Part shown: in pieces, positions 51,005 through 62,860 of the stretch | How positions within the stretch are numbered: position 1 is the stretch's first letter | Layout: the number at the start of each line of letters is the position of its first letter | The notes under the pieces: model-generated | What the model saw: only the letters and a program-made list of their open reading frames with translations | What the model was told of the DNA's origin: nothing | The model's database searches: none | Made by a program: the position numbers and the translations under genes | DNA from: Alphaproteobacteria bacterium | GTDB taxonomy: Bacteria; Pseudomonadota; Alphaproteobacteria; MPNO01 | Assembly: GCA_965248835.1 (NCBI GenBank) | Contig: CBDFLJ010000002.1 | Span: forward strand, 512,001 to 576,000 | Length of the DNA: 64,000 nt | Reading direction: 5' to 3'

Positions 51005-51842
51005 CGAGGAACGCATCGACCGCGGCCACGCATTCCGGCTCGGTCAGGGTCGGCGCATGGCCGGTGTCGCGGACCGTCACGCGCTCCAGACCGGGGTGTT
51101 CGGCGGCCATCTTGTCGAAGCATTCGGTGGTCAGCAGGCCCGACTTCTCGCCCCGGAATGCCAGCGTCGGGATGGCGCGCAAGCCGCGAAACAGCGGCCA
51201 CAGGTCGGGGACGCGCGTGCCGTTCTCGATCGTTGGACGGATGATGTCGACGTCCCAGTCGAAATGCAGCATCCCGTCCTCGCCCTCGCGGAAGGTGTTG
51301 CCGAGCATGCTCTCGAACATGGCCTCGGTCTGGAAGCACAGATCGGGCAGGAGCGCGCGCATCGATTGCCCGGCGGTCTCCCAGTCCGGCTGGGGCCGAT
51401 CGACGCGAAGATAGTCGATGATGGTCTTCAGCCCGGCGGGCCTCAGCTCCGGCCCGATGTCGTTGAGGATCACACCCGCCAGCGCCGCGGGCCGCGCCGC
51501 GCCGAGCCCCATCGCCAGCAGCCCGCCGAGCGAAGTGCCGACGACAACAACCTTGTGCAGATTGGCCAGACTCAGAAGCTGGATGATGTCGTTGAGGTAG
51601 GTCCGCGGATCGTAGTTGCGCCAATCGGGATCGTAGTCGGACCGGCCGCGGCCCCGGAGATCGGGGCACAGCACCCGCCGGTCGGCTGCGAGCCGGCTTG
51701 CGAAGCCTTCGAAATCCTTGGCGTTGCGGGTCAGCCCGGCCAGGCACAGGACCGGCACGCGCGGCGACAGCGCGTCGCCGTAGTCGCGGTAGTAAAGCCC
51801 CATCCCGTCCTGTGCGGTGTATCTTCGCGCGCGGTAGTCCAT
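50994..51842 (-). CDS. Alpha/beta hydrolase
   Basis: GLTRN, GRGRS, GTSLGG, GHAP. Confidence 0.9.
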   Translation of the reverse strand: MDYRARRYTAQDGMGLYYRDYGDALSPRVPVLCLAGLTRNAKDFEGFASRLAADRRVLCPDLRGRGRSDYDPDWRNYDPRTYLNDIIQLLSLANLHKVVVVGTSLGGLLAMGLGAARPAALAGVILNDIGPELRPAGLKTIIDYLRVDRPQPDWETAGQSMRALLPDLCFQTEAMFESMLGNTFREGEDGMLHFDWDVDIIRPTIENGTRVPDLWPLFRGLRAIPTLAFRGEKSGLLTTECFDKMAAEHPGLERVTVRDTGHAPTLTEPECVAAVDAFLDGI

Positions 51843-51856
51843 CGCTGCGGTGACGG

Positions 51857-52543
51857 CTAGCCGATCACCAGCGGCGGCAGGTCTTCCAGCGTTGTCAGTT
51901 CGGCGTGAACCTCCCCGGGCAGCACCTCGGCCGGCTGGCCGAACCGGTTTATCCACGCCACGCGGAAGCCGAAGGCGGCGGCCCCGTTGGCGTCCCAGCC
52001 ATTGGCCGATTGGAAGCTGATCCGGTTGGCCGGCAGCTTCAACGCGTCGACCGCGATCTGATAGACCGTGGGGTGGGGTTTGAAGATGCCCGCCCGGTCG
52101 ACCGACAGGATCGAATCGATGACGTCGTCCAGCCCCGCATTCTTGACCGCCGCCACCAGCATCGTCGAGGAGCCGTTCGACAGGATCGCCGTCCTCAAGC
52201 CCGCCTCCTTGAGTGTTTCCAACGGCTTGCGAACGTCGGGATAGGCCTCCAGCGCGAGGTAGAGCTGCATCAGCCGGGCACGCAGCTCGGGATCGGACAG
52301 CCCCACCGCGCTCATCGCGTAGTCGAGCGCCGCGCCCGTGACCTGCCAGAAATCCTCGTACCGGCCCATCAGGCTGCGCAGCCAGGTGTATTGAAGCTGT
52401 TTCTGCCGCCACAGGGCGGACAGCTCATCGGCGCGTTCGCCGATCGAATCCCGGCAGCGGTCCACTGCGGAGTTGAAATCGAACAGCGTGCCGTAAGCGT
52501 CGAACACGCAGGCGCCGATGTCGTCAAAGGCCGGTGCGGTCAT
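51857..52543 (-). CDS. Haloacid dehalogenase type II
   Basis: FDAYGTLFD, LSNG, FKP, SANGWD. Confidence 0.92.
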   Translation of the reverse strand: MTAPAFDDIGACVFDAYGTLFDFNSAVDRCRDSIGERADELSALWRQKQLQYTWLRSLMGRYEDFWQVTGAALDYAMSAVGLSDPELRARLMQLYLALEAYPDVRKPLETLKEAGLRTAILSNGSSTMLVAAVKNAGLDDVIDSILSVDRAGIFKPHPTVYQIAVDALKLPANRISFQSANGWDANGAAAFGFRVAWINRFGQPAEVLPGEVHAELTTLEDLPPLVIG

Positions 52544-52621
52544 CGGGACTCTCATCAGGGATTCGCATCACCCCGCACTATACCGCACACCCCCGCCGGG
52601 GCGGCGACAATCGAGACCCGG

Positions 52622-54649
52622 TCAGGGCGCGGGATCGACCATGCCGGCGGGCGCCGGCGTCTCGGCCACCAGCCCGGCCGCATCCCGGGTCATGGCGGGC
52701 GCGCCGAGCCAGGGCGCCGGACCGGGCGTGCCGAGCCGGTCGCGGTATATCTCCAGCCCCTCCAGCACCCGCTGGACATAGTTGCGGGTCTCCGGGAACG
52801 GCACCGATTCGATCCAATCGATCAGGTCGGTGTCGGGATCCCGCGGATCGCCGAAGGCGCGGATCCACCGGTCCGCGGCCCGGCGCCCGGCGTTGTAGGC
52901 CACGAGCGCCGGAACGTAATGGTTGTCGTAGCGATCCAGCAGGTCGCCCAGGTGGGACATGGCCAGACCGATATTGTACGCGGCGTCCCTGGTCAGCCGT
53001 GCGCGGCTGTAGCGCTGTCTGATCTTGCGCGCCGTCGCCCGGGCAGTCCCCGGCATGAGCTGCATTATCCCGCGCGCACCGGAACGGGAGATCGCGTTGA
53101 CCGCGAAATTGCTTTCCTGCCGGCCGATCGCCAGCATCAGCGCCGGCTCGATGGCTGTCCTGGGCATGTCTATCAGCGGGTAGGCGGCGTCCTCGATCGT
53201 CACGCCCTGCCGATAGGCGTAACGCGCGATGCGCACGCCGAGGTCCCGCCGACCGATGCCGCGCACCAGCGCGACGACCGGAAGCAGCCGTCGCGGGTCG
53301 GGATCCAACCGCGCGAGCCTGCCGGCGAACAGCGCGACCAGCTTGTCGCGCCCGATCTGATCGAGCAGCCGGACGGTGCGCACCAGCTCGCTGCCCTCGA
53401 ATGCGGCCCGTCCGGCCGGGTCCTCGCCGCGCGGCGGCGGCGGGCTCCGATCGTCCGCCCTGCCGATCATGCGGGCGGCAACCTGGCCGTAGAACGTCGC
53501 CCCGAACCGGGCCGCCTCGCGATACCACCGCTCAGCCGCCGCCGGATCCTCGAGGACCGTTGCCGCGCGCCCGGCCCAATAGGCCGCCCGTGCGCGGCTG
53601 ATCGGGAACCGCACCGTCGCGTACAGCCGTTCGAAGCGCATCAGCGCCTCGGCCGGGCGGTCGAGAAAGCGCAGCGCGAGCCAGCCGGTCAGCCATTCGG
53701 CTCTGGCGAATGATGCCGAGCCCGGCCACATCCCGTGATTGGACGTCAGCGCGAAAGCCTCGAGATATCTGCCTTCCTTCAGCTTGCCGCGCGCGATGAT
53801 CACCCGTTCCGTCCACCAGCGCTCGGCGTAGAGCAGGTCTTCGGGCAGGCCCGCCAACATTTCGAAGGCATCGTGCAGGCGGCCCTTGCGGCGGCGCCAG
53901 CGAACCCGCTCATACAGCAGGCCCGGATCCCTCTGCAGATGTGCAGGGACCCGACGGATCGCGCCATCGACCCCACCGCGCATCCGCGCGAGCCTCATCC
54001 GGGCACGCGCGAGCGCGCGCCGGGCCGCGCCCACCCTGGGCAGCATGCGCCGGACCTCCCGCCACCGCCGATCCCAGACCAGCCGGTCGAGCCGCCGCGC
54101 GTGCTCGGCGGCGCCCAGCGCGCCGCCGAACCGCAGCAGCAGGCGGCGCTCGGGCGCGCCTTTCAGGTTGCTGTGGATCCAGATGTTGCGCGCCAGCGCC
54201 GTCGCCCGCTCGGACTTGCCGATCGCGTCAAGCGCATCGAGCAGGGCGATGCGGCCCTCGCTCGTAAGCGGCGGGTAGCGGTCGAGCCAGGCGATGACCG
54301 CCTCGGGCGGCAGATCCGTTTTGTCGGGATCGGTCAGCGCCTCCTCGGCACGGCGCCGCAGCGAGAACGGCAAGGGCCAATCTGGGTTGGCCGCGATGAA
54401 CCCGGAAAGCGCATGGAAGGTGGCCTCGTTGCCGGCCTTGGTCATGGAAAGCCAGCGAAGCACCTTGTTCGGCAGCTTGTTTTCGGCACGACGCGAAAGG
54501 CTGAACGCCGCAGTCCAGTCCGATGCGTCCGCTGCGGCAAAGGCCCGGCGATAGATGTCCCGGTCCGTCTTTGACAGGATCTCCTGGCCGTGGACGGGAC
54601 CGCACGCGAGGATGAGGATCAGCGCCGTGGCGTTCAGAAGGCGGACCAA
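52622..54649 (-). CDS. Soluble lytic transglycosylase (Slt70-like)
   Basis: RQES, GIMQLMP, AYNAG, ETRNYV; signal peptide. Confidence 0.92.
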   Translation of the reverse strand: MVRLLNATALILILACGPVHGQEILSKTDRDIYRRAFAAADASDWTAAFSLSRRAENKLPNKVLRWLSMTKAGNEATFHALSGFIAANPDWPLPFSLRRRAEEALTDPDKTDLPPEAVIAWLDRYPPLTSEGRIALLDALDAIGKSERATALARNIWIHSNLKGAPERRLLLRFGGALGAAEHARRLDRLVWDRRWREVRRMLPRVGAARRALARARMRLARMRGGVDGAIRRVPAHLQRDPGLLYERVRWRRRKGRLHDAFEMLAGLPEDLLYAERWWTERVIIARGKLKEGRYLEAFALTSNHGMWPGSASFARAEWLTGWLALRFLDRPAEALMRFERLYATVRFPISRARAAYWAGRAATVLEDPAAAERWYREAARFGATFYGQVAARMIGRADDRSPPPPRGEDPAGRAAFEGSELVRTVRLLDQIGRDKLVALFAGRLARLDPDPRRLLPVVALVRGIGRRDLGVRIARYAYRQGVTIEDAAYPLIDMPRTAIEPALMLAIGRQESNFAVNAISRSGARGIMQLMPGTARATARKIRQRYSRARLTRDAAYNIGLAMSHLGDLLDRYDNHYVPALVAYNAGRRAADRWIRAFGDPRDPDTDLIDWIESVPFPETRNYVQRVLEGLEIYRDRLGTPGPAPWLGAPAMTRDAAGLVAETPAPAGMVDPAP

Positions 54650-54839
54650 GCGTGCTCGCTATGGATGATCGGCTGCCATCGGATCATACAAGTGCGCTGC
54701 GGCTTGACAAACGCTCATGATCGGTGGGCCGCGCGCCCCAGATGCGGCTTGCTTGCCGGCCATTCGCCCCGGAAGTACTGTGTCGTCAAAGCCCGCTGGC
54801 CGAGCCTCGGCGGGCGCCACCGGATCGCAGGAGAGTACG

Positions 54840-55715
54840 ATGTTCAGCGGCTCCATTTGCGCGTTGATCACACCGTTTCAGGACGGTGCCGTTGACGAGG
54901 ACCGTTTCGCTGCGTTCGTCGATTGGCAGATCGAGCAGGGCACGCGGGCCTTGGTGCCATGCGGCACGACCGGCGAATCGCCGACGCTCAGCCACGATGA
55001 GCACCGCCGGGTGACCGAGATCTGCATCGGGGTCGCCAAGGGCCGGGTTCCGGTGATCGCCGGCACCGGCTCGAACTCGACCGCGGAGGCGATCGCGCTG
55101 ACGCGGCACGCCAAGGAGGCCGGCGCCGATGCCGCATTGGTGGTCACGCCGTACTACAACAAGCCGACCCAGGAAGGAATGTACCGCCATTTCAAGGCGC
55201 TGAACGACGCCGTCGATCTGCCGATCATAATCTACAATATCCCCGGTCGCAGCGTGATCGACATGAAGACCGAGACCATGGCGCGGCTCGCCGCGCTGTC
55301 CAACATCATCGGGGTCAAGGACGCCACGGCCGACGTCAGCCGCGCGACCCAGCAGCGCCTCGCGGCCGGCGAGGATTTCTGCCAGCTCTCGGGTGAGGAC
55401 GTCACCCAGGTCGGATTCCTCGCCCAAGGCGGCGACGGCTGCATCTCGGTGACCGCGAATATCGCGCCCAAGGAGATGTCGGCGATGCACGCCGCCTGGA
55501 AGGACGGCGAGATCGCGACGATGCAGCGGCTCAACGAGCGGCTGATGCCGCTGCATACGGGCCTTTTCTGCGAGACCAGCCCGGGCCCGGTGAAGTACGG
55601 CGCGAGCCTGCTGGGCAAGTGCTCGCCGGAGACCCGGCTGCCGCTGTGCGAGATCGCCGAGAGTTCGAAGCGGACCGTCGAGGACGCGATGCGCTCGGCA
55701 GGCATCCTCAACTGA
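54840..55715 (+). CDS. dapA: 4-hydroxy-tetrahydrodipicolinate synthase
   Basis: GTTGES, PYYNKP, YNIPGR, GVKDA. Confidence 0.96.
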   Translation: MFSGSICALITPFQDGAVDEDRFAAFVDWQIEQGTRALVPCGTTGESPTLSHDEHRRVTEICIGVAKGRVPVIAGTGSNSTAEAIALTRHAKEAGADAALVVTPYYNKPTQEGMYRHFKALNDAVDLPIIIYNIPGRSVIDMKTETMARLAALSNIIGVKDATADVSRATQQRLAAGEDFCQLSGEDVTQVGFLAQGGDGCISVTANIAPKEMSAMHAAWKDGEIATMQRLNERLMPLHTGLFCETSPGPVKYGASLLGKCSPETRLPLCEIAESSKRTVEDAMRSAGILN

Positions 55716-55719
55716 GCGC

Positions 55720-56193
55720 ATGCGCGCCAAGGCCGACAGCAACATCCGGGTCACCGCGGAAAACCGGAAGGCACGGCACAACTACGCGATCGAGGACACC
55801 TTCGAGGCCGGCCTCATGCTGACCGGCAGCGAGGTCAAGTCGCTGCGCGCCGGCCGCGCCAATATCAACGAGGCCTATGCGCGGCCGATCGACGGGCAGC
55901 TGTTCCTGGTCAACGCCCACATCAACGAGTACGCGCAAGCCGGACCGGCCAACCACGAGCCGCGCCGGCCCCGCAAGCTGCTGCTGCACCGGCGCCAGAT
56001 CGACCGCCTGCTGGGCGCCGTTCAGCGTGACGGCGCGACCGTGGTCCCGCTCAAGCTCTATTTCAACGAGCGCGGCATTGCCAAGCTGCTCATCGGTCTG
56101 GCGCACGGCAAACGCAGGCACGACAAGCGCGAGGCCGAGAAGAAACGCGATTGGGATCGCCAACGCAGCCGGCTGCTGCGGGCAAAGGGCTGA
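55720..56193 (+). CDS. smpB: SsrA-binding protein
   Basis: [25 protein letters not shown]. Confidence 0.97.
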   Translation: MRAKADSNIRVTAENRKARHNYAIEDTFEAGLMLTGSEVKSLRAGRANINEAYARPIDGQLFLVNAHINEYAQAGPANHEPRRPRKLLLHRRQIDRLLGAVQRDGATVVPLKLYFNERGIAKLLIGLAHGKRRHDKREAEKKRDWDRQRSRLLRAKG

Positions 56194-56199
56194 GCAGCG

Positions 56200-56865
56200 A
56201 TGGACGGGAACGAGCCTGAAGCCCTGGCCGGCTACCGCGAGAAGCTGGTCCGGCGCAAGCAGGAGTGGGCGCGCGACGGCCGCCTGCTGAGCGAGGCGGC
56301 GCCGTCCGACGGCGAGCGGTTGCCGCCCGGCCAGCGCGAAGTCAGGAACTGGCCGGTGCTCGACCTCGGCGTCCGGCCGGAGATCGCCGCCGAAGACTGG
56401 CGCCTTACCGTCGACGGTCTGGTCGAGGCGCCGCTGATTTGGGATTGGCGGACCTTCATGGACCAGCCCCAGGTCCGGCTGGTCTCCGACATCCATTGCG
56501 TCACCGGCTGGTCACGGTTCGACAACGCCTGGACCGGGGTCCACGTCGCCCATCTGCTGGATATGGTGCGCCCCAAGGCCGAGGCCGCGCACTGCATCTT
56601 CCACAGCCATGACGGTTATACCACGAACGTCCGGATCGACCGGTTCGCCGAGGCGGACGTCCTGCTTGCCCATTCCTGGAACGGTGCGCCGTTGGCGCCC
56701 GCCCACGGCGGGCCGGTGCGGGTGGTGATCCCCAAATGGTATTTTTGGAAATCCGCAAAATGGGTCCGGCGCATCGAGTTCCGCCGCGACGACAAACCCG
56801 GGTTCTGGGAAGTCCGCGGATACAATAATGACGGCGATCCGTGGCGCGAGCAGCGCTACGGCTGA
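56200..56865 (+). CDS. Sulfite oxidase-like molybdopterin oxidoreductase
   Basis: RLPPGQ, DIHCVT.WS, HGGPVR, WKSAKW, GFWE. Confidence 0.9.
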   Translation: MDGNEPEALAGYREKLVRRKQEWARDGRLLSEAAPSDGERLPPGQREVRNWPVLDLGVRPEIAAEDWRLTVDGLVEAPLIWDWRTFMDQPQVRLVSDIHCVTGWSRFDNAWTGVHVAHLLDMVRPKAEAAHCIFHSHDGYTTNVRIDRFAEADVLLAHSWNGAPLAPAHGGPVRVVIPKWYFWKSAKWVRRIEFRRDDKPGFWEVRGYNNDGDPWREQRYG

Positions 56866-56872
56866 GCCGGCC

Positions 56873-57508
56873 TCAGCCGAGCTCGCGGCCGACCGCCTCG
56901 AACACCGCCCGGAACATCGGCTCGGTCAACCGGCCGGTGTTCGTGTTGTAGCGCGAGCAATGATAGCTGTCGGCGATCACCAGCCCGTCCGCGGGCCGAT
57001 GGACCGCCCCGTGTCCGAACTTGAACGCCGCCGCCCTGAGGCCCAGCGTGCGCAGCACCGAGGCATGGGACAGCCCGCCGAGCGCCAGGATCACCTTCAG
57101 GTTGGTCATCGCCGCGATCTCGCCGGCGAGGAAGGCGCGGCAGGCATTGATCTCCCCGCCGACGGGCTTGTTTTCCGGCGGTACGCAGCGCACGGCGTTG
57201 GTGATCCGACAGTCGCGGAGCATCAGACCGTCATCGGGACGGGAGTCGTAGCGGCCGGTCGCGTATCCGAAGTCGCCCAGCGTCTCATAGAGCAGGTCGC
57301 CCGCGAAATCGCCGGTGAAAGGCCGGCCCGTCCGGTTGGCGCCGCGCAGCCCCGGCGCGAGGCCGACGATCAGCAATCGGGCCTCCAGCGGCCCGAAGCT
57401 TTCGACCGGGGCGTTGTGCCAGTCCGGCTCCGCCGCGCGATAGCGCTCGCGGAACGCCGCCAGACGCGGGCATAGCGGGCAGTCCCGCCCCGGAAGCGGC
57501 GGGGCCAT
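56873..57508 (-). CDS. Uracil-DNA glycosylase (family 5-like, Fe-S)
   Basis: CPLCPRL, GLAPG..GANRTGRPFTGD, YHCS.YN. Confidence 0.92.
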   Translation of the reverse strand: MAPPLPGRDCPLCPRLAAFRERYRAAEPDWHNAPVESFGPLEARLLIVGLAPGLRGANRTGRPFTGDFAGDLLYETLGDFGYATGRYDSRPDDGLMLRDCRITNAVRCVPPENKPVGGEINACRAFLAGEIAAMTNLKVILALGGLSHASVLRTLGLRAAAFKFGHGAVHRPADGLVIADSYHCSRYNTNTGRLTEPMFRAVFEAVGRELG

Positions 57509-57527
57509 GGCGATGGATCCGTCCGGC

Positions 57528-58154
57528 TCAGTCCGCTTCGACGATATGGGGGTCCGGGCGTGCCGGAGTCGGGGCCTGGTAATCCGACCGCGCCGGGCTC
57601 GGCACCTCATGCGGTCTGACCGCCCGGGCGATCTTGGACGACAGGTCCTGGAGCTCGATGAAGTTGTCGGCCTGCCGGCGCAGCTCGTCTGCGACCATCG
57701 GCGGCGAGGAGCGGAAGGTGCTGACGATGCTCACCTGCACCCCCTTGCGCTGCACCGCCTCGACCAGGCGCCGGAAGTCGCCGTCACCGGAGAACAGTAC
57801 GATATGATCGAGGTGTTCGGCCATCTCCAGCATGTCGATGGCCAGCTCGATGTCCATATTGCCCTTGATCTTCCGCCGGCCGGTCGAATCGGTGAACTCC
57901 TTGGTCGGCTTGGTGACCAGGGTGTAGCCGTTATAGTCAAGCCAGTCGATCAGCGGACGGATCGGTGAGTATTCCTGGTCCTCGATCAGGGCGGTGTAAT
58001 AGAAGGCGCGCACCATCTGGCCCTCGGCCGAGAACAGCTCGAGAAGACTCTTGTAGTCGATATCGAAACCCAGGCCGCGCGCGGCCGAATAGAGATTGGA
58101 GCCGTCGATGAACAGGGCGATGCGCTCGTGCGGATGAAAATTCAGCTTAGTCAT
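57528..58154 (-). CDS. NYN/LabA domain protein
   Basis: FIDGSN, KGNMDIEL, SGDGDF. Confidence 0.92.
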   Translation of the reverse strand: MTKLNFHPHERIALFIDGSNLYSAARGLGFDIDYKSLLELFSAEGQMVRAFYYTALIEDQEYSPIRPLIDWLDYNGYTLVTKPTKEFTDSTGRRKIKGNMDIELAIDMLEMAEHLDHIVLFSGDGDFRRLVEAVQRKGVQVSIVSTFRSSPPMVADELRRQADNFIELQDLSSKIARAVRPHEVPSPARSDYQAPTPARPDPHIVEAD

Positions 58155-58266
58155 TGGATCTTTCAATGCCAGTTACGGAGATGGATCCGACCGGGCCATG
58201 CACCGGAATCGGCCAAGGCGGGTGTCGCCTCGTGCAATGTTCCGGCCCGGGCAGGGTGAACGCAAT

Positions 58267-58854
58267 ATGGGAATAAACACGCTGAATGCAAACAAAACCC
58301 ACCCCGGGCCGACCGGCGGGGAAGGGCCGGGGGCTGCGCCGGAGGAGGCAATTCTGGTTGCGCTGGGCGCCAATCTTCCCGGCGTGGCCGGCGCGGCGCC
58401 GATCGAGACCTGCACCCGCGCACTCGACATCATGCCCAGGTTCGGCGTCGCGGTTCTGCAGCGGTCGCGGTGGTTCGCGTCGGCTCCCCTAGCGGCCGCC
58501 GATCAGCCGGATTTCGTCAACGGCGTCGCCCGGGTCTCGACCGCACTCGGCCCGGAGGCGCTCCTGGCCGCGCTCCATAGGATCGAGGAGGCGTTCGGGC
58601 GGGACCGTCCGTACCCCAATGCCGCCCGTATCATCGATCTCGATCTGATAGCCCATGGCCGGACAAGGTGCGGTGCCGACGGTGAGGCTGCGGGCGGCCT
58701 CGTCCTGCCGCACCCGAGGCTGCACGAACGCGCCTTCGTCCTGCTGCCGATGGCTGATGTGGCGCCCGATTGGCGCCATCCGGGGAGCGGCGCTTCGCTT
58801 GCCGCGATGATCGCCATGCTGCCGCCGGGCCAGCACTGCGCGCCGATCGCGTAA
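58267..58854 (+). CDS. folK: 2-amino-4-hydroxy-6-hydroxymethyldihydropteridine diphosphokinase (start uncertain)
   Basis: ALGANL, QPDFVN, RIIDLDL, PHPRLHERAFVL. Confidence 0.93.
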   Translation: MGINTLNANKTHPGPTGGEGPGAAPEEAILVALGANLPGVAGAAPIETCTRALDIMPRFGVAVLQRSRWFASAPLAAADQPDFVNGVARVSTALGPEALLAALHRIEEAFGRDRPYPNAARIIDLDLIAHGRTRCGADGEAAGGLVLPHPRLHERAFVLLPMADVAPDWRHPGSGASLAAMIAMLPPGQHCAPIA

Positions 58855-58949
58855 GGCCTGACAGATCGTCGCGATCCCCTTGATTTCCTTGATCTTCGCC
58901 GAGTCCGTATCTATATTCTTCCGATCACACCTTCCAGGAGCGCCGCACG

Positions 58950-59387
58950 ATGGCCCGGGTTACCGTTGAAGACTGTATTGTCAGGATCCCCAATCGGTTC
59001 GAGCTTGTCATGACCGCCGCGCAACGTTCGCGCGAACTGTCGGTGGGCGCCGAGCTGACCGTCGATCGCGACAATGACAAGAACCCGGTCGTCGCGCTGC
59101 GCGAGATCGCCGATGAGACGGTCGATGTGATCGAGCTCGAGGACTCGCTGATCCGCGGACTGCAGAAGCACGTCGACATCGAGGAGCCCGTCGAGGAAGG
59201 CGACGAGTTCCTCGCCGCCGAAGAAGCGCTCAGCAATTTCGCCGCAATGGGGTTTGGCGGGGCGCTGTCCTCGCCGGTGCCGGATGCCGCCGGCGAGGCG
59301 AAGCCCGACGGCCCGGTGCTGGTCGGGTTCGAGGATATCGGCGAGGCCGAAGCGGCGGCGGAAGGCGACGAGCCGCAGGAAATTTGA
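58950..59387 (+). CDS. rpoZ: RNA polymerase omega subunit
   Basis: [26 protein letters not shown]. Confidence 0.97.
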   Translation: MARVTVEDCIVRIPNRFELVMTAAQRSRELSVGAELTVDRDNDKNPVVALREIADETVDVIELEDSLIRGLQKHVDIEEPVEEGDEFLAAEEALSNFAAMGFGGALSSPVPDAAGEAKPDGPVLVGFEDIGEAEAAAEGDEPQEI

Positions 59388-59474
59388 ACACGACCATCGA
59401 CCGCTCTCTGATCGAGACGCGACGCGGCCGGCGCCCGGTCTCAACGCGCCCGCCGGCATGAGCGGATCACCGCG

Positions 59475-61655
59475 ATGATGCGGCAATACGAGCTGGTCGA
59501 GCATGTGCGGGCCTACGATCCCGATGTGGACGAGGACGCGCTCAACCGCGCCTACGTCTTCTCGATGAAGGCGCACGGATCGCAGATGCGGGCATCGGGC
59601 GATCCCTATTTTTCCCATCCGGTCGAAGTCGCCGGGATCCTGGCCGAGCTCAAGCTCGACGCCGCCTCGATCGCCACCGGCCTGCTGCACGACACCGTCG
59701 AGGATACGGTCGCGACGCTGGACGAGATCGAGACCCTGTTCGGCGCGGAGGTCGCCCGGCTGGTCGACGGCGTCACCAAGCTGTCGATGATCGAGCTGCA
59801 ATCGACCGACACCCGCCAGGCGGAGAATTTTCGCAAGTTCCTGCTGGCGACCTCGCAGGATATCCGCGTGCTGCTGATCAAGCTCGCCGATCGGCTGCAC
59901 AACATGCGTACGTTGCATCATCTGGAGCCGGCGGCCAAGCGCAGGCAGGTCGCCGCCGAGACCATGGAGATCTACGCCCCGCTCGCCGAGCGAATCGGCA
60001 TGGAGCGGATCAAGGACGAGCTCGAGGAGCTGGCCTTCGCTCAGCTCAACCCCGATGCCGCCGCCACGATCGAGGCGCGGCTGGAGGTGATGCGCCAAGC
60101 CAGTGACGACATCATCCCGCGCATTGTCGACAGCATGCGCGAGACCTTGCGCGAACACGGCCTGGCGGCCGAGGTGTCGGGCCGGCGCAAGCAGCTCCAT
60201 TCGATCTGGCGCAAGATGCAGCGCAAGAACGTCGAGTTCGAGCAGCTTTCCGACGTGATCGCCTTCCGGGTGGTGGTGGCCACGCCCGAGGACTGCTACC
60301 GGGCGCTGGGCATCATTCACACCACCTATCCCGTGGTCCCCGAACAGTTCGACGACTACATCTCGACCCCGAAGACGAACGGCTACCGATCGCTTCATAC
60401 CTGCGTGATCGGCCCGGCGCGCCATCGGATCGAGGTGCAGATCCGCACCGAGGAGATGCACCAGATCGCCGAGTACGGCGTGGCCGCGCATTGGCGCTAC
60501 AAGCAGGCCGACGCCAGGACCGACGGCCTGCAATACCGCTGGGTGCGCCACATGCTCGACATCCTCGACCAGGCCTCCGGGCCCGAGGAGTTCCTCGAGC
60601 ACACCAAGCTCGAGATGTACCAGGACCAGGTGTTCTGCTTCACGCCGGCGGGCGAGCTGATCGCTCTGCCGCGCGGCGCGACGCCGGTCGATTTTGCCTT
60701 TGCCGTCCATTCCGAGGTCGGCGACCGTTGCGTCGGCGCCAAGATCAACGGCCGGATGATGCCGCTGCGCTCCCAGCTCAAGAACGGCGACCAGATCGAG
60801 ATCATCACTTCGGAGACCGGAACGCCGGCGCCGGCGTGGGAAGACATGGTGGTGACCGGCAAGGCACGCGCCCGGATCCGCCGCTTCATCCGCAACGAGC
60901 AGCGCGCGGAATTCATCCGCCTGGGCAAGGCGATCCTTCAGAAGAGCTATGGCGAGGCCGGCTACAAGCCGTCCAACGCGGTGATCGAGAAGGTGATCGG
61001 CAATTTCGACGCAAAGACCATCGATGACCTCTATGCCCTGATCGGCCGCGGCGAGGTGACCGGCGCGGATGTCCTGGCGGCGGTCGGACCCAAGCGCCGC
61101 CGCGGGCGCAGGGTTGCGAGCCGCGACGGTGCGGCCGGCGAGGACAACGTCGTACCCTTCCCGCCGAAACAGGGAAGGGCCGGCATCGACGACACCGTGC
61201 CGGTGCCGATCCGCGGCCTGATCGCCGGCGTTGCCGTCCATTACGCCAATTGCTGCCACCCGCTGCCGGGCGACCGCATCGTCGGCATCGTCACCGCCGG
61301 CAAGGGCGTGTCGATCCACACCATCGATTGCGAAAGCCTGCTGAGCTTCGAGGCCACGCCCGAGCGCTGGCTCGACGTGGCCTGGGACGTCGATGCGGTC
61401 TCCGCGGACATCCATGTCGGGCGGATCACCATCGTGGTCTCCAACGAACCCGGCACGCTGGGCAGCCTGACGACGATGATCGGCAGGCACCTGGGCAACA
61501 TCAACAACTTGAAGATCACCAACCGGACGCACGACTTCTTTGAAATGGTGCTCGACATCGAGGTCAGCGACGCCGCCCACCTGACCGATATCATCGCGGC
61601 GCTGCGCGCGACTCCGGCGGTGACCTCGGTCGAGCGGGCCCAGGGTCAGAATTGA
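59475..61655 (+). CDS. spoT: Bifunctional (p)ppGpp synthetase/hydrolase
   Basis: [23 protein letters not shown]; TGS and ACT domains. Confidence 0.96.
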   Translation: MMRQYELVEHVRAYDPDVDEDALNRAYVFSMKAHGSQMRASGDPYFSHPVEVAGILAELKLDAASIATGLLHDTVEDTVATLDEIETLFGAEVARLVDGVTKLSMIELQSTDTRQAENFRKFLLATSQDIRVLLIKLADRLHNMRTLHHLEPAAKRRQVAAETMEIYAPLAERIGMERIKDELEELAFAQLNPDAAATIEARLEVMRQASDDIIPRIVDSMRETLREHGLAAEVSGRRKQLHSIWRKMQRKNVEFEQLSDVIAFRVVVATPEDCYRALGIIHTTYPVVPEQFDDYISTPKTNGYRSLHTCVIGPARHRIEVQIRTEEMHQIAEYGVAAHWRYKQADARTDGLQYRWVRHMLDILDQASGPEEFLEHTKLEMYQDQVFCFTPAGELIALPRGATPVDFAFAVHSEVGDRCVGAKINGRMMPLRSQLKNGDQIEIITSETGTPAPAWEDMVVTGKARARIRRFIRNEQRAEFIRLGKAILQKSYGEAGYKPSNAVIEKVIGNFDAKTIDDLYALIGRGEVTGADVLAAVGPKRRRGRRVASRDGAAGEDNVVPFPPKQGRAGIDDTVPVPIRGLIAGVAVHYANCCHPLPGDRIVGIVTAGKGVSIHTIDCESLLSFEATPERWLDVAWDVDAVSADIHVGRITIVVSNEPGTLGSLTTMIGRHLGNINNLKITNRTHDFFEMVLDIEVSDAAHLTDIIAALRATPAVTSVERAQGQN

Positions 61656-61686
61656 CACCGCGGGATGCCCGAAGCGGAGGGATCCG

Positions 61687-62442
61687 ATGCAAGGCCATCT
61701 GAGGCTTGGGGTGAATATCGATCACGTCGCGACCATCCGGAACGCGCGCGGCGGCGGTCATCCCGACACCGTCAAGGCCGCCCGCGTGGCCGCCGCCGCC
61801 GGGGCGGACGGCATAACCGCCCATCTGCGCGAAGACCGGCGGCACATGACCGATGCCGATATCGAGCGGCTGATCGGCGCCATCGATCTGCCGCTCAATC
61901 TGGAGATGGCCGCGACCGAGGAAATGCTGGAGATCGCGCTGCGCCACCGCCCGCACGCGGCCTGCATCGTGCCCGAGCGCCGCGCCGAGCGGACCACCGA
62001 GGGCGGGCTCGATGCGGCAGGCTCGATCGACACCCTGCGGCCGCTGGTCGCACGGCTCAACGAGGCCGGGATCCGGACGTCGCTGTTCATCGAAGCCGAT
62101 CGGTCCCAGATCGAGGCCGCGGTGGCGCTGGGCGCGCCGGTTGTCGAGCTGCACACCGGCGCCTATTGCGAGGCCCAAGGCGCGGCACGGGCGCGCGCGC
62201 TGCGGCGGATCGAGGATGCCGCGGAACGCGCCCACGCCATGGGGCTCGAATGCCATGCCGGGCATGGCCTCAGCTTCGAGACCGTCGGTGCGATCGCCCG
62301 CATCCCGGTGTTGGCCGAGCTCAACATCGGCCACTTCCTGATCGGCGAGGCGATATTCAGCGGGCTGGACAGCGCGATCAAGCGGATGCGCTCGCTGATG
62401 GACCGCGCCCGCGCGGAGTCCGGCAGCGCCCGTTCGGCGTGA
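61687..62442 (+). CDS. pdxJ: Pyridoxine 5'-phosphate synthase
   Basis: [24 protein letters not shown]. Confidence 0.97.
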   Translation: MQGHLRLGVNIDHVATIRNARGGGHPDTVKAARVAAAAGADGITAHLREDRRHMTDADIERLIGAIDLPLNLEMAATEEMLEIALRHRPHAACIVPERRAERTTEGGLDAAGSIDTLRPLVARLNEAGIRTSLFIEADRSQIEAAVALGAPVVELHTGAYCEAQGAARARALRRIEDAAERAHAMGLECHAGHGLSFETVGAIARIPVLAELNIGHFLIGEAIFSGLDSAIKRMRSLMDRARAESGSARSA

Positions 62443-62452
62443 GGGCGGCGGC

Positions 62453-62860
62453 GTGATCATCGGCATCGGCGACGACCTGATCGACATCCGCCGCATCGAG
62501 CGGACGCTGGAACGCTTCGGCGACAGGTTCATCCAGCGCGTCTTCACCGAGACCGAGCGCCGGCGCTCGGAGCGGCGCGCCGGGCGGGCGGCGAGCTACG
62601 CCAAGCGCTTCGCCGCCAAGGAAGCGTGCTCCAAGGCTCTGGGCACCGGTTTTCGCGCCGGCGTGTTCTGGCGCGACCTGGGCGTGGTCAACCTGCGCAG
62701 CGGCAAGCCGACGCTCGCGCTCACCGGCGGGGCGGCCGCGCGGCTGAAGGCGCTGACGCCGGCCGGCATGACCGCTCAGCTCGACCTGACCATGACGGAT
62801 GAGCCGCCGATGGCGCATGCGATGGTGATCATATCCGCGGTTCCGACCGACGCTACATGA
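62453..62860 (+). CDS. acpS: Holo-ACP synthase
   Basis: IIGIG.D, RFAAKEA..KALGTG. Confidence 0.96.
   Translation: MIIGIGDDLIDIRRIERTLERFGDRFIQRVFTETERRRSERRAGRAASYAKRFAAKEACSKALGTGFRAGVFWRDLGVVNLRSGKPTLALTGGAAARLKALTPAGMTAQLDLTMTDEPPMAHAMVIISAVPTDAT

Noticed and set aside
57528-58154. NYN nuclease as a defence gene
   Set aside because: It sits in the usual alphaproteobacterial udg-NYN-folK-rpoZ-spoT context.
58911-61658. Very long antisense or alternate-frame ORFs (also 9088-11130, 17096-19192, 19256-21622, 27277-29781, 42841-44982)
   Set aside because: Typical high-GC shadow ORFs over well-supported genes; no recognisable motifs.
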